NCBI RefSeq assembly: GCF_964213995.1
Contig: NW_027590128.1
Span: forward strand, 1,488,001-1,552,000
Direction: 5' to 3'
From: Mustelus asterias
Lineage: Eukaryota
Length of the DNA stretch: 64,000 nt
Made by a program: the position numbers and the translations under genes. How positions within the stretch are numbered: the stretch's first letter is position 1; each line of letters begins with the position of its first letter. The notes under the pieces are model-generated. The model had not been told where the DNA came from, did not search any database, and saw only the letters and a list, made by a program, of their open reading frames with translations. Of this stretch, positions 13,610 through 25,573 are shown in pieces.

Positions 13610-14788
13610 TCACTCGTGAACTTGTTGGTGCCTCAGCAGGTGGGATGAAACTCTGAATCCCTTCCCACACTGAGAGCAGGTGAACGGCCTCTCCCCACTG
13701 TGAACTCGCTGGTGTGCCTTTAGGTTGGATAACCGACTGAATCTCTTCTCACACTGAGAGCAGGTGAATGGCCTCTCCCCAGTGTGAACTCGCTGGTGTG
13801 TCTGCTGGTGGGATAACTGAGTGAATCCCTTCCCACACACAGAGCAGATGAATGGCCTCTCCCCAGTGTGAGCTCGCTGGTGTGTCCGCAGGGCAGATGA
13901 CTGACTAAACCTCTTCCCACACTGAGTGCAGGTGAATGGTTTCTCCCCAGTGTGAACTCGCTGGTGTGTTCGCAAGCTGGATAAGTCAGTGAATCCCTTC
14001 TCACACACAGAGCAGATGAATGGCCTCTCTCCAGAGTGAACTCGCTGGTGCGTCTGCAGGCTGGACGAATGACTGAATCCCTTCCCACACTGAGAGCAGG
14101 TGAACGGTTTCTCCCCAGTGTGAACTCGCTGGTGTGTCCGCAGGCTGGACGAATGACTGAATCCCTCCCCACACTGAGAGCAGGTGAATGGCCTCTCCCC
14201 AGTGTGAACTCGCTGGTGTGTCTGCAGGTTGGATGAATTACTGAATCCGTTCCCACACTGAGAGCAGGTGAATGGCCTCTCCCCAGTGTGAACTCGTTGG
14301 TGTATCTGCAGTGCAGACAACTGACTGAATAGCTTCCCACACTGAGGGCAAGTGAATGGCCTCTCTCCAGTGTGAACTCGCTGGTGTGTCTGCAGGCTGG
14401 ATAACTGAGTGAACCCCTTCCCACACTGAGAGCAGGTGAACGGCCTCTCACCAGTGTGAATGCACTGGTGTATCCGCAGGTGGGATGACTGAGTGAATCC
14501 CTTCCCACACTGAGGGCAGATGAAGGGTCTCTCTCCAGTGTGAACTCGCTCATGTGCCCGCAGGCCGGATAACTGACTGAATCCCTCCCCACACTGAGGA
14601 CACATCAATGGTCTCTCCCCAGTGTGAACTCGCTGGTGTGTCTGCAGGTGGGATGACAGAGTGAATCCATTTCCACACTGAGAGCAGATGAACGGCCTCT
14701 CCCCAGTGTGGCTACGCCGATGAGCTTCCAGCAGAGAGGGGGCTCTGTATCCCTTCCCACAGTCCGCACATTTCCATGGTTTCTCCAT
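13610..14788 (-). CDS. C2H2 zinc-finger protein, 14 fingers, intact (class A, MEKPWKC start)
   Basis: Uninterrupted CxxC-x12-HxxxH array with TGERPF linkers; first ATG at 14788; acceptor near 15124. Confidence 0.9.
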   Translation of the reverse strand: MEKPWKCADCGKGYRAPSLLEAHRRSHTGERPFICSQCGNGFTLSSHLQTHQRVHTGERPLMCPQCGEGFSQLSGLRAHERVHTGERPFICPQCGKGFTQSSHLRIHQCIHTGERPFTCSQCGKGFTQLSSLQTHQRVHTGERPFTCPQCGKLFSQLSALQIHQRVHTGERPFTCSQCGNGFSNSSNLQTHQRVHTGERPFTCSQCGEGFSHSSSLRTHQRVHTGEKPFTCSQCGKGFSHSSSLQTHQRVHSGERPFICSVCEKGFTDLSSLRTHQRVHTGEKPFTCTQCGKRFSQSSALRTHQRAHTGERPFICSVCGKGFTQLSHQQTHQRVHTGERPFTCSQCEKRFSRLSNLKAHQRVHSGERPFTCSQCGKGFRVSSHLLRHQQVHE

Positions 14789-15189
14789 GGTGCAGGTGTC
14801 CTTACCTCTCTCTTGGGTGGACAATCAGTTGAAGCCTCGTCGACACACAGAACACGGGTACAGTCTCTCCCTGCTGTGAATGGTGTGATATTTATTCAGG
14901 CTGTATTACTGGTTAAAGCTCAGTGCACTCACTCGCGTGTGGCAGTGTGTTGGTGCTTTTCCAGTCACACTGATGTTTGAACTCTATTCAAATTGACAGA
15001 CCGGACAATAATTTCTCCTTCTGGATTCAAAGTCTGATGATATTGAGGTCCCATGGAATATGACTCTGCCAGATCTGGACGTGACGTTTGAGATTTCAGC
15101 CTGTGATTCCTCTTTTGATAACCTGTAAAACGAGTTTACAAAATTCACCACTGTCAGTACAGGATAGAAATTCAGAACAATTCTAGTTT

Positions 15190-15800
15190 AGAACCATAGA
15201 ACCATAGAAAATTACAGCTCAGAAACAGGCCTTTTGGCCCTTCTTGTCTGTGCCGAACCATTTTTTGCCTAGTCCCACTGACCTGCACTTGGACCATATC
15301 CCTCCACACCCCTCTCATCCATGAACCCATCCAAGTTTTTCTTAAATGTTAAAAGTGACCCCGCATTTACCACTTTAGCCAGCAGCGCATTCCACACTCC
15401 CACCACTCTCTGCGTGAAGAAGCCCCCCCTAATATTCCCTTTAAACTTTTCTCCTTTCACCCTCAACCCATGCCCTCTGGTTTTTTTCTCCCCTCGCCTC
15501 AGCGGAAAAAGCCTGCTTGCATTCACTCTATCTATACCCATCAAAATCTTATACACCTTTATCAAATCTCCCCTCAATCTTCTATGCTCCAGGGAATAAA
15601 GTCCCAACCTATTCAATCTCTCATGTAACTCAGCTTCTCAAGTCCCGGCAACATCCTTGTGAACCTCCTCTGCACTCTTTCAACCTTATTTACATCCTTC
15701 CTGTAACTCGGTGACCAAGACTGTACACAATACTCTGAATTCGGCCTCACCAATGCCTTATATAACCTTACCATAATACTCCAACTTTTATACTCAACTT
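15190..15800 (-). mobile_element. CR1 LINE 3' fragment in ZNF intron
   Basis: RLGLYSLEHRRLRGDLIKVYKI...FFTQRVV..WN; (TATGGTTC)n tail. Confidence 0.9.
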
Positions 15801-15939
15801 TTCTACTTTCTCTGGAACATTCTTTCCCCTCTCATTCCTCAAAAGCTGTGAATCTCCATCCCACACACTCTCCCTCCATTCTCATTCAGAAACAGGGACC
15901 AGTTTCCAATCCTGGAAATTTGAGTCTGTCTGAAGCTCA

Positions 15940-16260
15940 ATCGTCATTCACACAAGGCCCGCGTTGTGATTGGCTGGAGGACCAGAGTCCTTCCGGTCCT
16001 CCAACTCTTCCCATTGGTCAACACCTTAGTATAATGGCCCGGGGGGGGTGGGAGTTCCACCGCACATGAGCAGCTTCCCTCACCCTTGGACATGCGCAGT
16101 CCCGGGCCGCCCTGGGAAGGGGAACATTCTGAGGTGTTGACCAATGGGAACTCTGGAGGACAGGAAGTACTCTGGTCCTCCAGCCAATCAGAGCTCCCTA
16201 TTGTCTGAATGCGGAAGTTGGACAATGAGCTTGTTCAGCTGCTCATTCCTGCCCGGCAAA
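15940..16260. promoter_or_regulatory. Putative bidirectional CCAAT promoter between divergent ZNF genes
   Basis: ATTGG near 15969 and 16012, CCAAT at 16141 and 16183, central CATGCGCA (NRF1-like), CGGAAGT (ETS); symmetric inverted arms. Confidence 0.65.
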
Positions 16261-16524
16261 GCTGCTGCTCTCTCTCTGAATGAAGAATGAGCTTCTGACA
16301 GACTCAACCTTCCCCGTCTCCAACATCTGTGAGTAAAACACTTTCTTTTCTTCCCCTTTCCATTCCTTTTCTCATTCTGGGGTGAATTGGGGACTTGCAG
16401 CAACTGAAGGGAAAGGAAGTGAATCCAGTCGGTATGTTCCACAGATTTTTAGTCCACTCAAATAGATATATATCTGTCTGGCTACCTGCATAGAGATTTT
16501 CAGCTCTCTGTGTCCAAGACAGGA

Positions 16525-16729
16525 CAGTAAGAACTCTCACAACACCAGGTTAAAGTCCAACAGGTTTATTTGGCTGCACTAGCTTTTGGAGCCCCAAGCC
16601 CCTTCTTCAGGTCTCACCTGCTTGGGGCTCCAAAAGCTCGTGCTGCCAAATAAACCTGTTGGACTTTAACCCGGTGTTGTGAGACTTCGTACTGTGCTTA
16701 CCCCAGTCCAATGCCGGCATCTCCACATC
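16525..16729. mobile_element. Fold-back Penelope pLTR pair (MITE-like hairpin) in ZNF 5' region
   Basis: Inverted arms of about 70 bp; flanked by duplicated GACAGGA; hammerhead core on the minus strand has GAAA>AAAA. Confidence 0.8.
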
Positions 16730-17314
16730 CAGGACAGGAAGCAGTGAGCATGGATCTGTCAATCAGCACCGACAGGAGAATTGGGAGGGTGAATATTAGA
16801 CACAGCAGAGTGAGAATGGAGGGAGACTGTGTGGGATGGAGATTTACAGCTCTTGGGGAATGAGAGAGGAAAGAATGTTCCATAGAAACTAGAATTGTCT
16901 GTTCTGAATTTCTATCCTGTACTGACTGTGATAACCTTTGTAAACTCCTTTTACAGGATATCAGAAGGTGAGGATTTTACAGACAGAAATCTCAAACCAA
17001 ACATCACATCAACATCTGACAGAGTCACTCAATTCATCGGGACCTGAATGCGATCGGCCTTTGAATCCAGAAGGAGAAATGCTTCTCTGTTCTGTCAGCT
17101 TTAGCAGTCTTTAAACATCAGTGTGACTGGAACAGGACTGACACACACACACACAAAATCAACTGAGATTTTCCCGGGCATTGACTGTGGAAAGGGCCTC
17201 CCAGTTACACAGCCTGAAAAAATATTGCATCATCACAGCAGAGCACTATAATCTTGTTCTGTGTGAGACTTCAACTGATGGTCAAACCTGGAGCAACACA
17301 AGGATACCTGCACC

Positions 17315-18157
17315 ATGGAGAAACCGTGGAAATGTGGGGACTGTGGGAAGGGTTGCAAAACCCCCTCTGAGCTGCAAACTCATCGACGTATTCACACTGG
17401 AGAGAAGCCGTACACCTGTTCTGTGTGTGGGAAGAGATTCACTCGATTATATCATCTGCAGTGACATCGACTGGTTCACACTGGAGAAAGAGCGTTCATC
17501 TGCTTTGAGTGTGGGAACGGATTCGCTCATTTACCCGATCTGCAGAGACACCAGTGCGTTCACACTGGAGAGAGACCATTCACCTGCTTGGTGTGTGGGA
17601 AAGGATTTATGCAGTTATCCAATCTGTCAAAACACAAAGTCACTCACAGCAATGAGAGACCCTTTAAATGCTCTGATTGTGGAAGTGGTTTCAAAAGCTC
17701 TCGGGAACTGATGATCCACCAGCGGATTCACACTGGGGAGAGACCGTTCAGCTGCTCTCACTGCACAAAGACATTTAGAACATTATCTCACCTGCGGGAG
17801 CACCAGCGAATTCACACCAGGGAGAGACCGTTCACCTGCTCTGTGTGTGGGAAGGGATTCACTCATTCATCCAGCCTGCTGAGTCACAATCTCACTCATA
17901 CCCAGGAGAGACCCTTTAAATGCTCTGACTGTGGAAATGGTTTCAAAAGTTCTCGGGATCTGATGTCCCACCAGCGCATTCACACTGAGGAGAGACCGTT
18001 CAGCTGTTCTCTCTGCACAAAGAAATTTAGAACGTCATCCAACCTGCAGGAGCACCAGCGAGTTCACACTGGGGAGAGATCATTCACCTGCTGTGTGTGT
18101 GGGAAGGGATTCACTCAGTCATCCAGCCTGCGGAGACACCAGCGAGTTCACAAGTGA
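17315..18157 (+). pseudogene. C2H2 ZNF, 10 fingers, in-frame TGA in finger 2 (class A)
   Basis: ATG GAG AAA CCG TGG at 17315; TGA at 17462-17464; the frame continues to HK* at 18157. Confidence 0.85.
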
Positions 18158-18567
18158 TGACAGGGGTTGGATTCTGTTCTTATTGCTGCTGTTAATCACA
18201 TCCAGGACTGAACCATGTTCATTCTGACAGTTGATGAAGTGGAAGGGTAGGAGAGATTCTTTCTGCTGGACTGGCCGGTCGCACAACTTTGCATCCAGTG
18301 GGCTGATGCTCTTTGAGCCTGGGAGAGCACATTTCCACTGAAATGATCCACAAAAGCTGATGAAGGACATTTATTTTATCCTCGATAGTAAATAGTGTTT
18401 TTCCTACCACTACAGGTAGATCAAAAATAAATACAGAAAGGACTGGAAAAACGCAGCAGGTCTGGCAGCATCTGTGGAGAGAGAAACAGAGTTACCATTT
18501 CACACTCTGGATTGGGAATCAATCCAGTAAACCTCCTCTGAACTGTTTCCATGGTATTTATAAAATG

Positions 18568-18880
18568 GGACAGCACGGCAGCACAGTGGTAAGCACTGCT
18601 GCCTCACAACGCCAGGGACCCGGGTTCAATTCCACCCTGGGTCACTGTCTGTGTGGAGTTTGCACATTCTCCCCATGTCTGTGTCGGTTTCCTCCGGGTG
18701 CTCCGGTTTCCTCCCACAGTCCAAAGATGTGCGGGTGAGGTTGATTGGCTGTGCTAAATTGACCCTTAGTGTCAGGCGGAGTAGCTAGAGTGGTTATGGG
18801 AACAGGGCCTGGATGGGATGGTGTTTGGTACAGACTCGATGGGCAGAACGGCCTCTGTCTGTACTGTAGGAATTCTACGA
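18568..18880 (+). mobile_element. V-SINE (HE1-like), CR1-type tail B
   Basis: Head and V core, tail GATGGGC.GAA.GGCCT..CTGTAGGAATTCTA. Absent from the paralogous site near 5988. Confidence 0.9.
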
Positions 18881-19199
18881 TCCTTTGTTTAATTGGAGAC
18901 AAAAACTGCACCCAGTGTTCAAGATGCAGTTTCAGCAACACCCTGTATAACTGAAGCAGAACATCTTTACTTCTCTGTTCAATTTCTCTGTCTCTCTCTC
19001 CCTGCCTTTCTCTCTCTCGCTGTGCTCTCTCTCTCTTTGTGTGTCTCNNNNNNNNNNNNNNNNNNNNNNNNNNNNNNNNNNNNNNNNNNNNNNNNNNNNN
19101 NNNNNNNNNNNNNNNNNNNNNNNNNNNNNNNNNNNNNNNNNNNNNNNNNNNNNNNNNNNNNNNNNNNNNNNNNNNNNNNNNNNNNNNNNNNNNNNNNNN

Positions 19200-19724
19200 T
19201 CGCTCCCAGTCTCTCTCGCTCCCAGTCTCTCTCGCTCCCAGTCTCTCTCGCTCCCAGTCTCTCTCGCTCCCAGTCTCTCTCGCTCCCAGTCTCTCTCGCT
19301 CCCAGTCTCTCTCGCTCCCAGTCTCTCTCGCTCCCAGTCTCTCTCGCTCCCAGTCTCTCTCGCTCCCAGTCTCTCTCGCTCCCAGTCTCTCTCGCTCCCA
19401 GTCTCTCTCGCTCCCAGTCTCTCTCGCTCCCTGTCTCTCTCGCTCCCTGTCTCTCTCGCTCCCTGTCTCTCTCGCTCCCTGTCTCTCTCGCTCCCTGTCT
19501 CTCTCGCTCTGTCTCTCTCACTCTCTGCCTCTCACTGTGTCTCTCTCTCTCTTGCTGTGTGTCTCTCCCTCTCTGTCTCTCTTTCTCTCTCTCGCTCCCC
19601 TTCTTTCCCTCTCTGTGTCTCTCTCGCTCCCTGTCTCTCTCGCTCCCTGTCTCTCTCGCTCCCTGTCTCTCTCGCTCCCAGTCTCTCTCGCTCCCAGTCT
19701 CTCTCGCTCTGTCTCTCTCGCTCT
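19200..19724. repeat. 14-bp pyrimidine-rich minisatellite (CTCGCTCCCAGTCT / CTCGCTCCCTGTCT)
   Basis: Direct tandem units between N gaps at 19048-19199 and 19725-20162. Confidence 0.95.
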
Positions 19725-20162
19725 NNNNNNNNNNNNNNNNNNNNNNNNNNNNNNNNNNNNNNNNNNNNNNNNNNNNNNNNNNNNNNNNNNNNNNNNNNNN
19801 NNNNNNNNNNNNNNNNNNNNNNNNNNNNNNNNNNNNNNNNNNNNNNNNNNNNNNNNNNNNNNNNNNNNNNNNNNNNNNNNNNNNNNNNNNNNNNNNNNNN
19901 NNNNNNNNNNNNNNNNNNNNNNNNNNNNNNNNNNNNNNNNNNNNNNNNNNNNNNNNNNNNNNNNNNNNNNNNNNNNNNNNNNNNNNNNNNNNNNNNNNNN
20001 NNNNNNNNNNNNNNNNNNNNNNNNNNNNNNNNNNNNNNNNNNNNNNNNNNNNNNNNNNNNNNNNNNNNNNNNNNNNNNNNNNNNNNNNNNNNNNNNNNNN
20101 NNNNNNNNNNNNNNNNNNNNNNNNNNNNNNNNNNNNNNNNNNNNNNNNNNNNNNNNNNNNNN

Positions 20163-21100
20163 CTCCCCCACCCCCCGAGCTGTTCCCCCCCCCCGAGCTG
20201 TTCCCCCCCCCCGAGCTGTTCCCCCCCCCCCGAGCTGTTCCCCCCTCCCGAGCTGTTCCCCCCCGGAGCTTCCCCCCCCGAGCTTCCCCCCCCGAGCTTC
20301 CCCCCCCGAGCTTCCCCCCCCGAGCTTCCCCCCCCGAGCTTCCCCCCCCGAGCTTCCCCCCCCGAGCTTCCCCCCCCGAGCTTCCCCCCCCGAGCTTCCC
20401 CCCCCGAGCTTCCCCCCCGAGCTTCCCCCCCCGAGCTTCCCCCCCCGAGCTTCCCCCCCCGAGCTTCCCCCCCCGAGCTTCCCCCCCGAGCTTCCCCCCC
20501 CGAGCTTCCCCCCCCGAGCTTCCCCCCCCGAGCTTCCCCCCCCGAGCTTCCCCCCCGAGCTTCCCCCCCCGAGCTTCCCCCCCCGAGCTTCCCCCCCCGA
20601 GCTTCCCCCCCCGAGCTTCGCCCCCCGAGCTTCGCCCCCCGAGCTTCGCCCCCCGAGTTTCGCCCCCCGAGCTTCCCCCCCCGAGCTTCCCCCCCCGAGC
20701 TTCCCCCCCGAGCTTCCCCCCCCGAGCTTCCCCCCCCGAGCTTCCCCCCCCGAGCTTCCCCCCCCGAGCTTCCCCCCCGAGCTTCCCCCCCCGAGCTTCC
20801 CCCCCCGAGCTTCGCCCCCCGAGCTTCGCCCCCCGAGTTTCGCCCCCCGAGCTTCCCCCCCCGAACTTCGCCCCCCGAGCTTCGCCCCCCGAGTTTCGCC
20901 CCCCGAGCTTCGCCCCCCGAGCTTCGCCCCCCGAGCTTCGCCCCCCGAGCTGTTCCCCCCGAGCTGTTCCCCCCCGAGCTGTTCCCCCCCCCGAGCTGTT
21001 CCCCCCCCCCGAGCTGTTCCCCCCCCCGAGCTGTTCCCCCCCCCGAGCTGTTCCACCCCCCCGAGCTGTTCCCCCCCCCGAGCTGTTCCCCCCCCCGCTC
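20163..21100. repeat. 13-16-bp C-rich minisatellite (C7-9 GAGCTT / GAGCTGTT)
   Basis: Direct tandem units; long G-runs on the minus strand. Confidence 0.95.
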
Positions 21101-21659
21101 TGTTTCCCTCTCTCAGACCCACCCTGACCAATTCCTCTGAGACCCACCAGGATTCCCCCCCCACCCCAAATCCCAGCCCGATCCATAGGGGCCCCTCCCC
21201 AGCTCCTGAACCCCTGTCCCCACCCCCCCCGACAGACCCAAACCCCATGCTGAATCCCCCTCCCCCCTCCCCTTACTGCCAATGCCCTGTAGATTCCCCT
21301 CTGAGCCTAATCCCCCCCGAAATTAAATAAAACTCAATCTGAATGAGATCAGGAGAAACTCCAGGGTTATGAAAAGTTCAAAGACCAAACAGGAGCAGCA
21401 AACCATCAGACCCCGACAATTCGCACTCGCTTTCAGCCATTCCTCACAAAAGCTGCTGGGATTGTAACCTTCTGCCCAAAATATTATTTTTCTTTAGTTT
21501 CCAACATTCAGCAAGAATTCTGTGACCATCTATTAATCCTGACAGTCTTACGGTGAAGGAAGAAACTGGAGCCAATCTTTACTTGGAATAGATTTATTCA
21601 GAGTGAAACATTACAAGTATATACCTCCTAAGTAACTCATTGTTAGTCTCCCTTTCTAT

Positions 21660-22200
21660 GTCATAGAGGTTTACAGCATGGAAACAGGCCCTTCGGCCCA
21701 ACTTGTCTATGCCGGCCCTTTTTTTAAAACCCCGAAGCGAGTCCCAATTGCCCGCCTTTGGCCCATATCCCTCTATACCCATCTTACCCACGTAACTGTC
21801 TCATCGCTTTTTAAAAGACAAAATTGTACCCGCCTCAACTACTACCTGTGGCAGCTTGTTCCAGACACTCACCACCCTCTGTGTGAAAAAATTGCCCCTC
21901 TGGACCCTTTTGTATCTCTCCCCTCTCACCTTAAACCTATGCCCTCTAGTTTTAGACTCCCCTACCTTTGGGAAAATATGTTGACTATCTAGCTGACCTA
22001 TGCCCCTCATTATTTTATAGACCTCTATAAGATCACCCCTCAGCCTCCTACACTCCAGAGAAAATAATTCCCAGTCTATTCAGACTCTCCTTATAACTCA
22101 AACCATCAAGGCCCGGTAGCATCCGAGTAAATCTTTCCTGCACTCTTTCTAGCTTAAGAATGTCCTTTCTACGATAGGGTGGCCAGAACTGTACACAGTT
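21660..22200 (-). mobile_element. CR1 LINE 3' fragment
   Basis: MRGIGQLDSQHIFPKVGESKTRGHRFKVRG..FFTQRVVSVWNKLP; same subfamily as 9012-12505 and 48350-48945. Confidence 0.9.
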
Positions 22201-22279
22201 CTCCTTCCTAAAATGTGGTCACTCAATTGATGCGATTAACAGCCACAGAGCATCGAATCACTGCAACTGCCTTGGTGTC

Positions 22280-23332
22280 TCAGCAGTTTGGATGAACAAG
22301 TGAATCCCTGCCCACACACACAGCAGGTGAATGAATCTCTGCGTTATGAAATCGTTGGTGTCTCAGTAAGTTGGATAAATCATTGAACCCTTTCTCACAC
22401 ACGGAGCAGGTGAACGGTCTCTCTCCATTGTGAACTCGCTGGTGTGTCTGTAGGTGGGATGACTGAGTGAATCCTTTCCCACACTTAGAGCAGGTGAATG
22501 GCTTCTCCCCAGTGTGAACTCGTTGGTGTCTCTGCAGGTTGGATGAATCACTGAACCCCTTCCCACAGTCAGAACAGGTGAATGGCTTCTCCCTGGTGTG
22601 AACTCTCTGATGTCTCAGCAGATCGTATGACATTCTAAAGCACTTTGTGCAGTGAGAGCAACTGAACGGTCTCTCCTCAGTGTCCAGCAGCACAGATTGT
22701 ATGAAGCAACTCCCACAGTCAGAGCATTTAAAATGTGTCTCATTGGTGTGGGTGCCTCGTTGTCCCAGCAGACTGTCAGTCTGACTGAATCCCTTCCCAC
22801 ACACGGAGCAGGTGAATGGCGTCTCCCTGGTGTGAATGCGTCGATGTCTCACCAGACTTGATGACTGAGTGAATCCCCTTCCACAGTCAGAGCAGCTGAA
22901 CGGCCTCTCCCCGGTGTGAATGCGCTGGTGTGTCAGCAGGAGGGATGAGTGAGCGAATCCCTTCCCACAGTCAGAACAGGTGAACAGTCCCTCACTGGTG
23001 TGAAAGCTCTCGTGATTCCTCAAAGCAGATGCCCGTGTGAATCCTTTCCCACACTGAGAGCAGGTGAATGGTCTCTCCCCAGTGTGAACTCGCTGGTGTA
23101 TCAGCAGGTTGGATGAATCACTGAAGCCTTTCCCACATTCAGAGCAGGTGAACGGCCTCTTCCCAGTGTGAACTCTCTGGTGTCTATGCAGGGTGGATGA
23201 ATCAATGAATCCTTTCCCACACATCGAGCAGGTGAATGGCCTTTCTCCGCTGTGACTGCGTTGATGAGTTTCCAGCTCACAGGGAGCACGGAATCCTTTC
23301 CCACAAACCTCACATTTCCACGGTTTCTCCAT
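22280..23332 (-). CDS. C2H2 ZNF (class A), about 10 intact plus 2 degenerate fingers, last finger frameshifted
   Basis: Open frame from MEKPWKCEVC; central fingers lose His; the C-terminus shifts frame (HNAEIHSPAVCV). Confidence 0.75.
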   Translation of the reverse strand: MEKPWKCEVCGKGFRAPCELETHQRSHSGERPFTCSMCGKGFIDSSTLHRHQRVHTGKRPFTCSECGKGFSDSSNLLIHQRVHTGERPFTCSQCGKGFTRASALRNHESFHTSEGLFTCSDCGKGFAHSSLLLTHQRIHTGERPFSCSDCGRGFTQSSSLVRHRRIHTRETPFTCSVCGKGFSQTDSLLGQRGTHTNETHFKCSDCGSCFIQSVLLDTEERPFSCSHCTKCFRMSYDLLRHQRVHTREKPFTCSDCGKGFSDSSNLQRHQRVHTGEKPFTCSKCGKGFTQSSHLQTHQRVHNGERPFTCSVCEKGFNDLSNLLRHQRFHNAEIHSPAVCVGRDSLVHPNC

Positions 23333-23819
23333 GGTGCTGGTGTCCTTGTTGTTTCTCCTGGTTTGATGATCAGTTGAAGCCTCGTCCACACACAGAACAC
23401 GTGTACAGCTTCTCTCCACTGTGAACGGTATGATGTTTTTTCATGCTATGCAACTCAGTGCTTTTCCAGTCACACTGACGATTGACATATTTTCCACAGA
23501 CAAACATTTATACTTCCACATTCAAAGGTTGAAGAATAATCGAGTGACTCAAGCCAAGATGTTTGTTTTGAGTTTTGAATCTGCAAATCTTTCCCTTGTA
23601 ATACCTGTAAAGAGAGTTTACAAAATTAATCAGTCAGTCCGGGATAGAAATTCTGAACAGACAATTCTAGTTTCTAAGGAATATTCTTTCCACCCTCAAT
23701 CCTCAAAATCTGCTAATCTCCACACCACACAGTCTCCCTCTATCCCCACTCTGCTGTACGTAATTCTACACCTTGGAAATTCTGCTGATGGACAGATCTC
23801 TGTTAACTGCTTCCTGTCT

Positions 23820-24160
23820 CAACCGGGATATTGGGTTCATGTCACACTATTTGTAACTCCCACAGTTGCGTGGACCTGCAGAGTTTCACTGGCTGTCTTG
23901 TCTGGAGACAATACACATAGTTTTAGCCTGTCTTGATGCTCTCTCCACTCACATTGTTTTGTTTCTTAAAGACTTGATTAGTTGTAAGTATTCGCATTCC
24001 AACCATTATTCATGTAAATTGAGTCTGTGTCTTTATAAGCTCTGTTTGTGAACAGAATTCCCACTCACCTGAAGAAGGGGCTTAGAGCTCCGAAAGCTTG
24101 TGTGGCTTTTGCTACCAAATAAACCTGTTGGACTTTAACCTGGTGTTGTTAAACTTCTTA
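23820..24160 (+). mobile_element. Penelope pLTR with ORF tail, in ZNF 5' region
   Basis: Begins NRDIGFMSHYL*; ends AATAAACCTGTTGGACTTTAACCTGGTGTTGTTAAACTTCTTA; TSD TCCTGTCT; near-identical to 47835-48158. Confidence 0.85.
24066..24102 (+). ncRNA. Minimal type I hammerhead ribozyme motif
   Basis: CAC-CUGAAGA-A-GGGGC-uuaga-GCUCC-GAAA-GC-UU-GUG. Confidence 0.7.
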
Positions 24161-24254
24161 TCCTGTCTTGGACTCAGAGATCGTAAGAAATAGGAACAGA
24201 AGCAGGCCATTCACCCCATCAAGCCTGCTCTGTCACTCAGTATGATTAAGGTGA

Positions 24255-24860
24255 AAGGTGCCCCCCTTGTCTTTCCTTTTCATGACACCTGTGCCCGCAT
24301 TCAAAGGATTATCATGTCATTTTTGCAAACTCTAATATGCTGCCACCATGAAACACATCCGCTCACCACCCCAGTCAGCATTCTGCAGGGACCGCCCTCG
24401 CCATGATACCCTGGTCCACTCCTCCATCACCCTCAACCCCTCATCCCACATTACCTGTCCACGCATGTGCAGTAGGTGCAATACCTTCCCCATTACATCC
24501 TCCCTGTCCAACGCTCCTAACACTCCTTTCAGGTGAAGCAGCGTTTCACTTGGACCTCCTTCAATTTAGCGTACTGCATTCCAATGCCGTCCCCTCTATG
24601 TTGGGGAGACTAAACGCAGACTGGGTGACTGCTTTGCAGAACACCTTTGCTCAGTCCACAAGCATGACCTTCACTATCCAGTCACTTGCCATTTCAACTC
24701 AGCATCTTGCTCTCATGCCCACACCGCTGTCCTTGGCCTGTTGCAATGCCCCAGTGTTGCCCAACGCAATCTGGAGGAACAACATCCCATCTTCAGATTG
24801 GGCACATTACAGCCTTCTGAACTCAACATTAAGTTCAGCAACTTTAGACTGTGAATATTC
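24255..24860 (+). mobile_element. Decayed Penelope ORF (GIY-YIG region), second family
   Basis: FQVKQRFT..LYVGETKRRLGDCFAEHL with frameshifts. Confidence 0.75.
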
Positions 24861-24939
24861 CCCTACATGAATAAACGCAACTCAGGCCCACGCCCTGTGA
24901 AATAATAAATAAAGAACAAATTCCTGCAATGGGAGATAA

Positions 24940-25573
24940 ACATGTCCCTGGGCGGGGGCGGGGTTGACCTGGAATTCCAGGCTCACACACTGCGCATGCG
25001 TCATTCTTCTCGTTGCCCATAATAAATATGGCCGCCGCGCATGCGTCCTGTTGTATCTAACTCGTTTCAAGATGGCGACCGTTACCCTTGAACCGCGAAC
25101 GCGGCCCGCTTTCTGCAAACGCGGGGCCGGGAGCTTCTTATTCTTTGTTTAGAACCTCTATCAGATGTTTATGAAGCCTTCCAACCCACACACTGGCTCT
25201 ATCGCTCCGCGCTTACCGGCGATTTCCAAATTTATTTCGCTCTAAATCGCAACCCAGCAACCACTTCCAGTATCCGGACTGCGCATGCTCCACATCGTAA
25301 CGCTCGGACTGTGATTGACGGCAGCTCCGGACCAATAGGAAGAGGGGGCGGGGCTGGAGGACCACGCGGGAGTGGCTGGTCCTCCAACCAATCGGAGTGA
25401 ATGAGGGGCGCGCCTGGAGGACCGAGCATGAGCGGTTGGTCCTCCAACCAATCAGAGTGAATGAGAGGCGGGGCTGAGCCCGGATCTCCCTCATTGGCTG
25501 AAACTCTGCAACATTGTGAAAGCTGCTTTGTGTCAAAGTCCAGGAGAAAACTGGACCTTTCTGTTTGTGGCTT
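24940..25573 (-). promoter_or_regulatory. CpG-rich promoter module P (copy 1) upstream of ZNF 22280-23332
   Basis: GC boxes; GCGCATGCG x2 and TGCGCATGCTC (NRF1-like); AAGATGGCG (YY1-like); CCAAT at 25332, 25388 and 25448. Confidence 0.7.

Noticed and set aside
13720-14592. Alternative-frame ORFs over ZNF arrays ([17 protein letters not shown] type)
   Set aside because: They are shadow frames of the 84-bp finger repeat.
18568-18640. tRNA genes at GGCACAGTGG..GGTTCAATTCC motifs
   Set aside because: They are tRNA-derived SINE heads continuing into the V core.
18893-21330. 576-767 aa Pro/Gly/Ser-rich ORFs
   Set aside because: They are translations of minisatellites running through N gaps.
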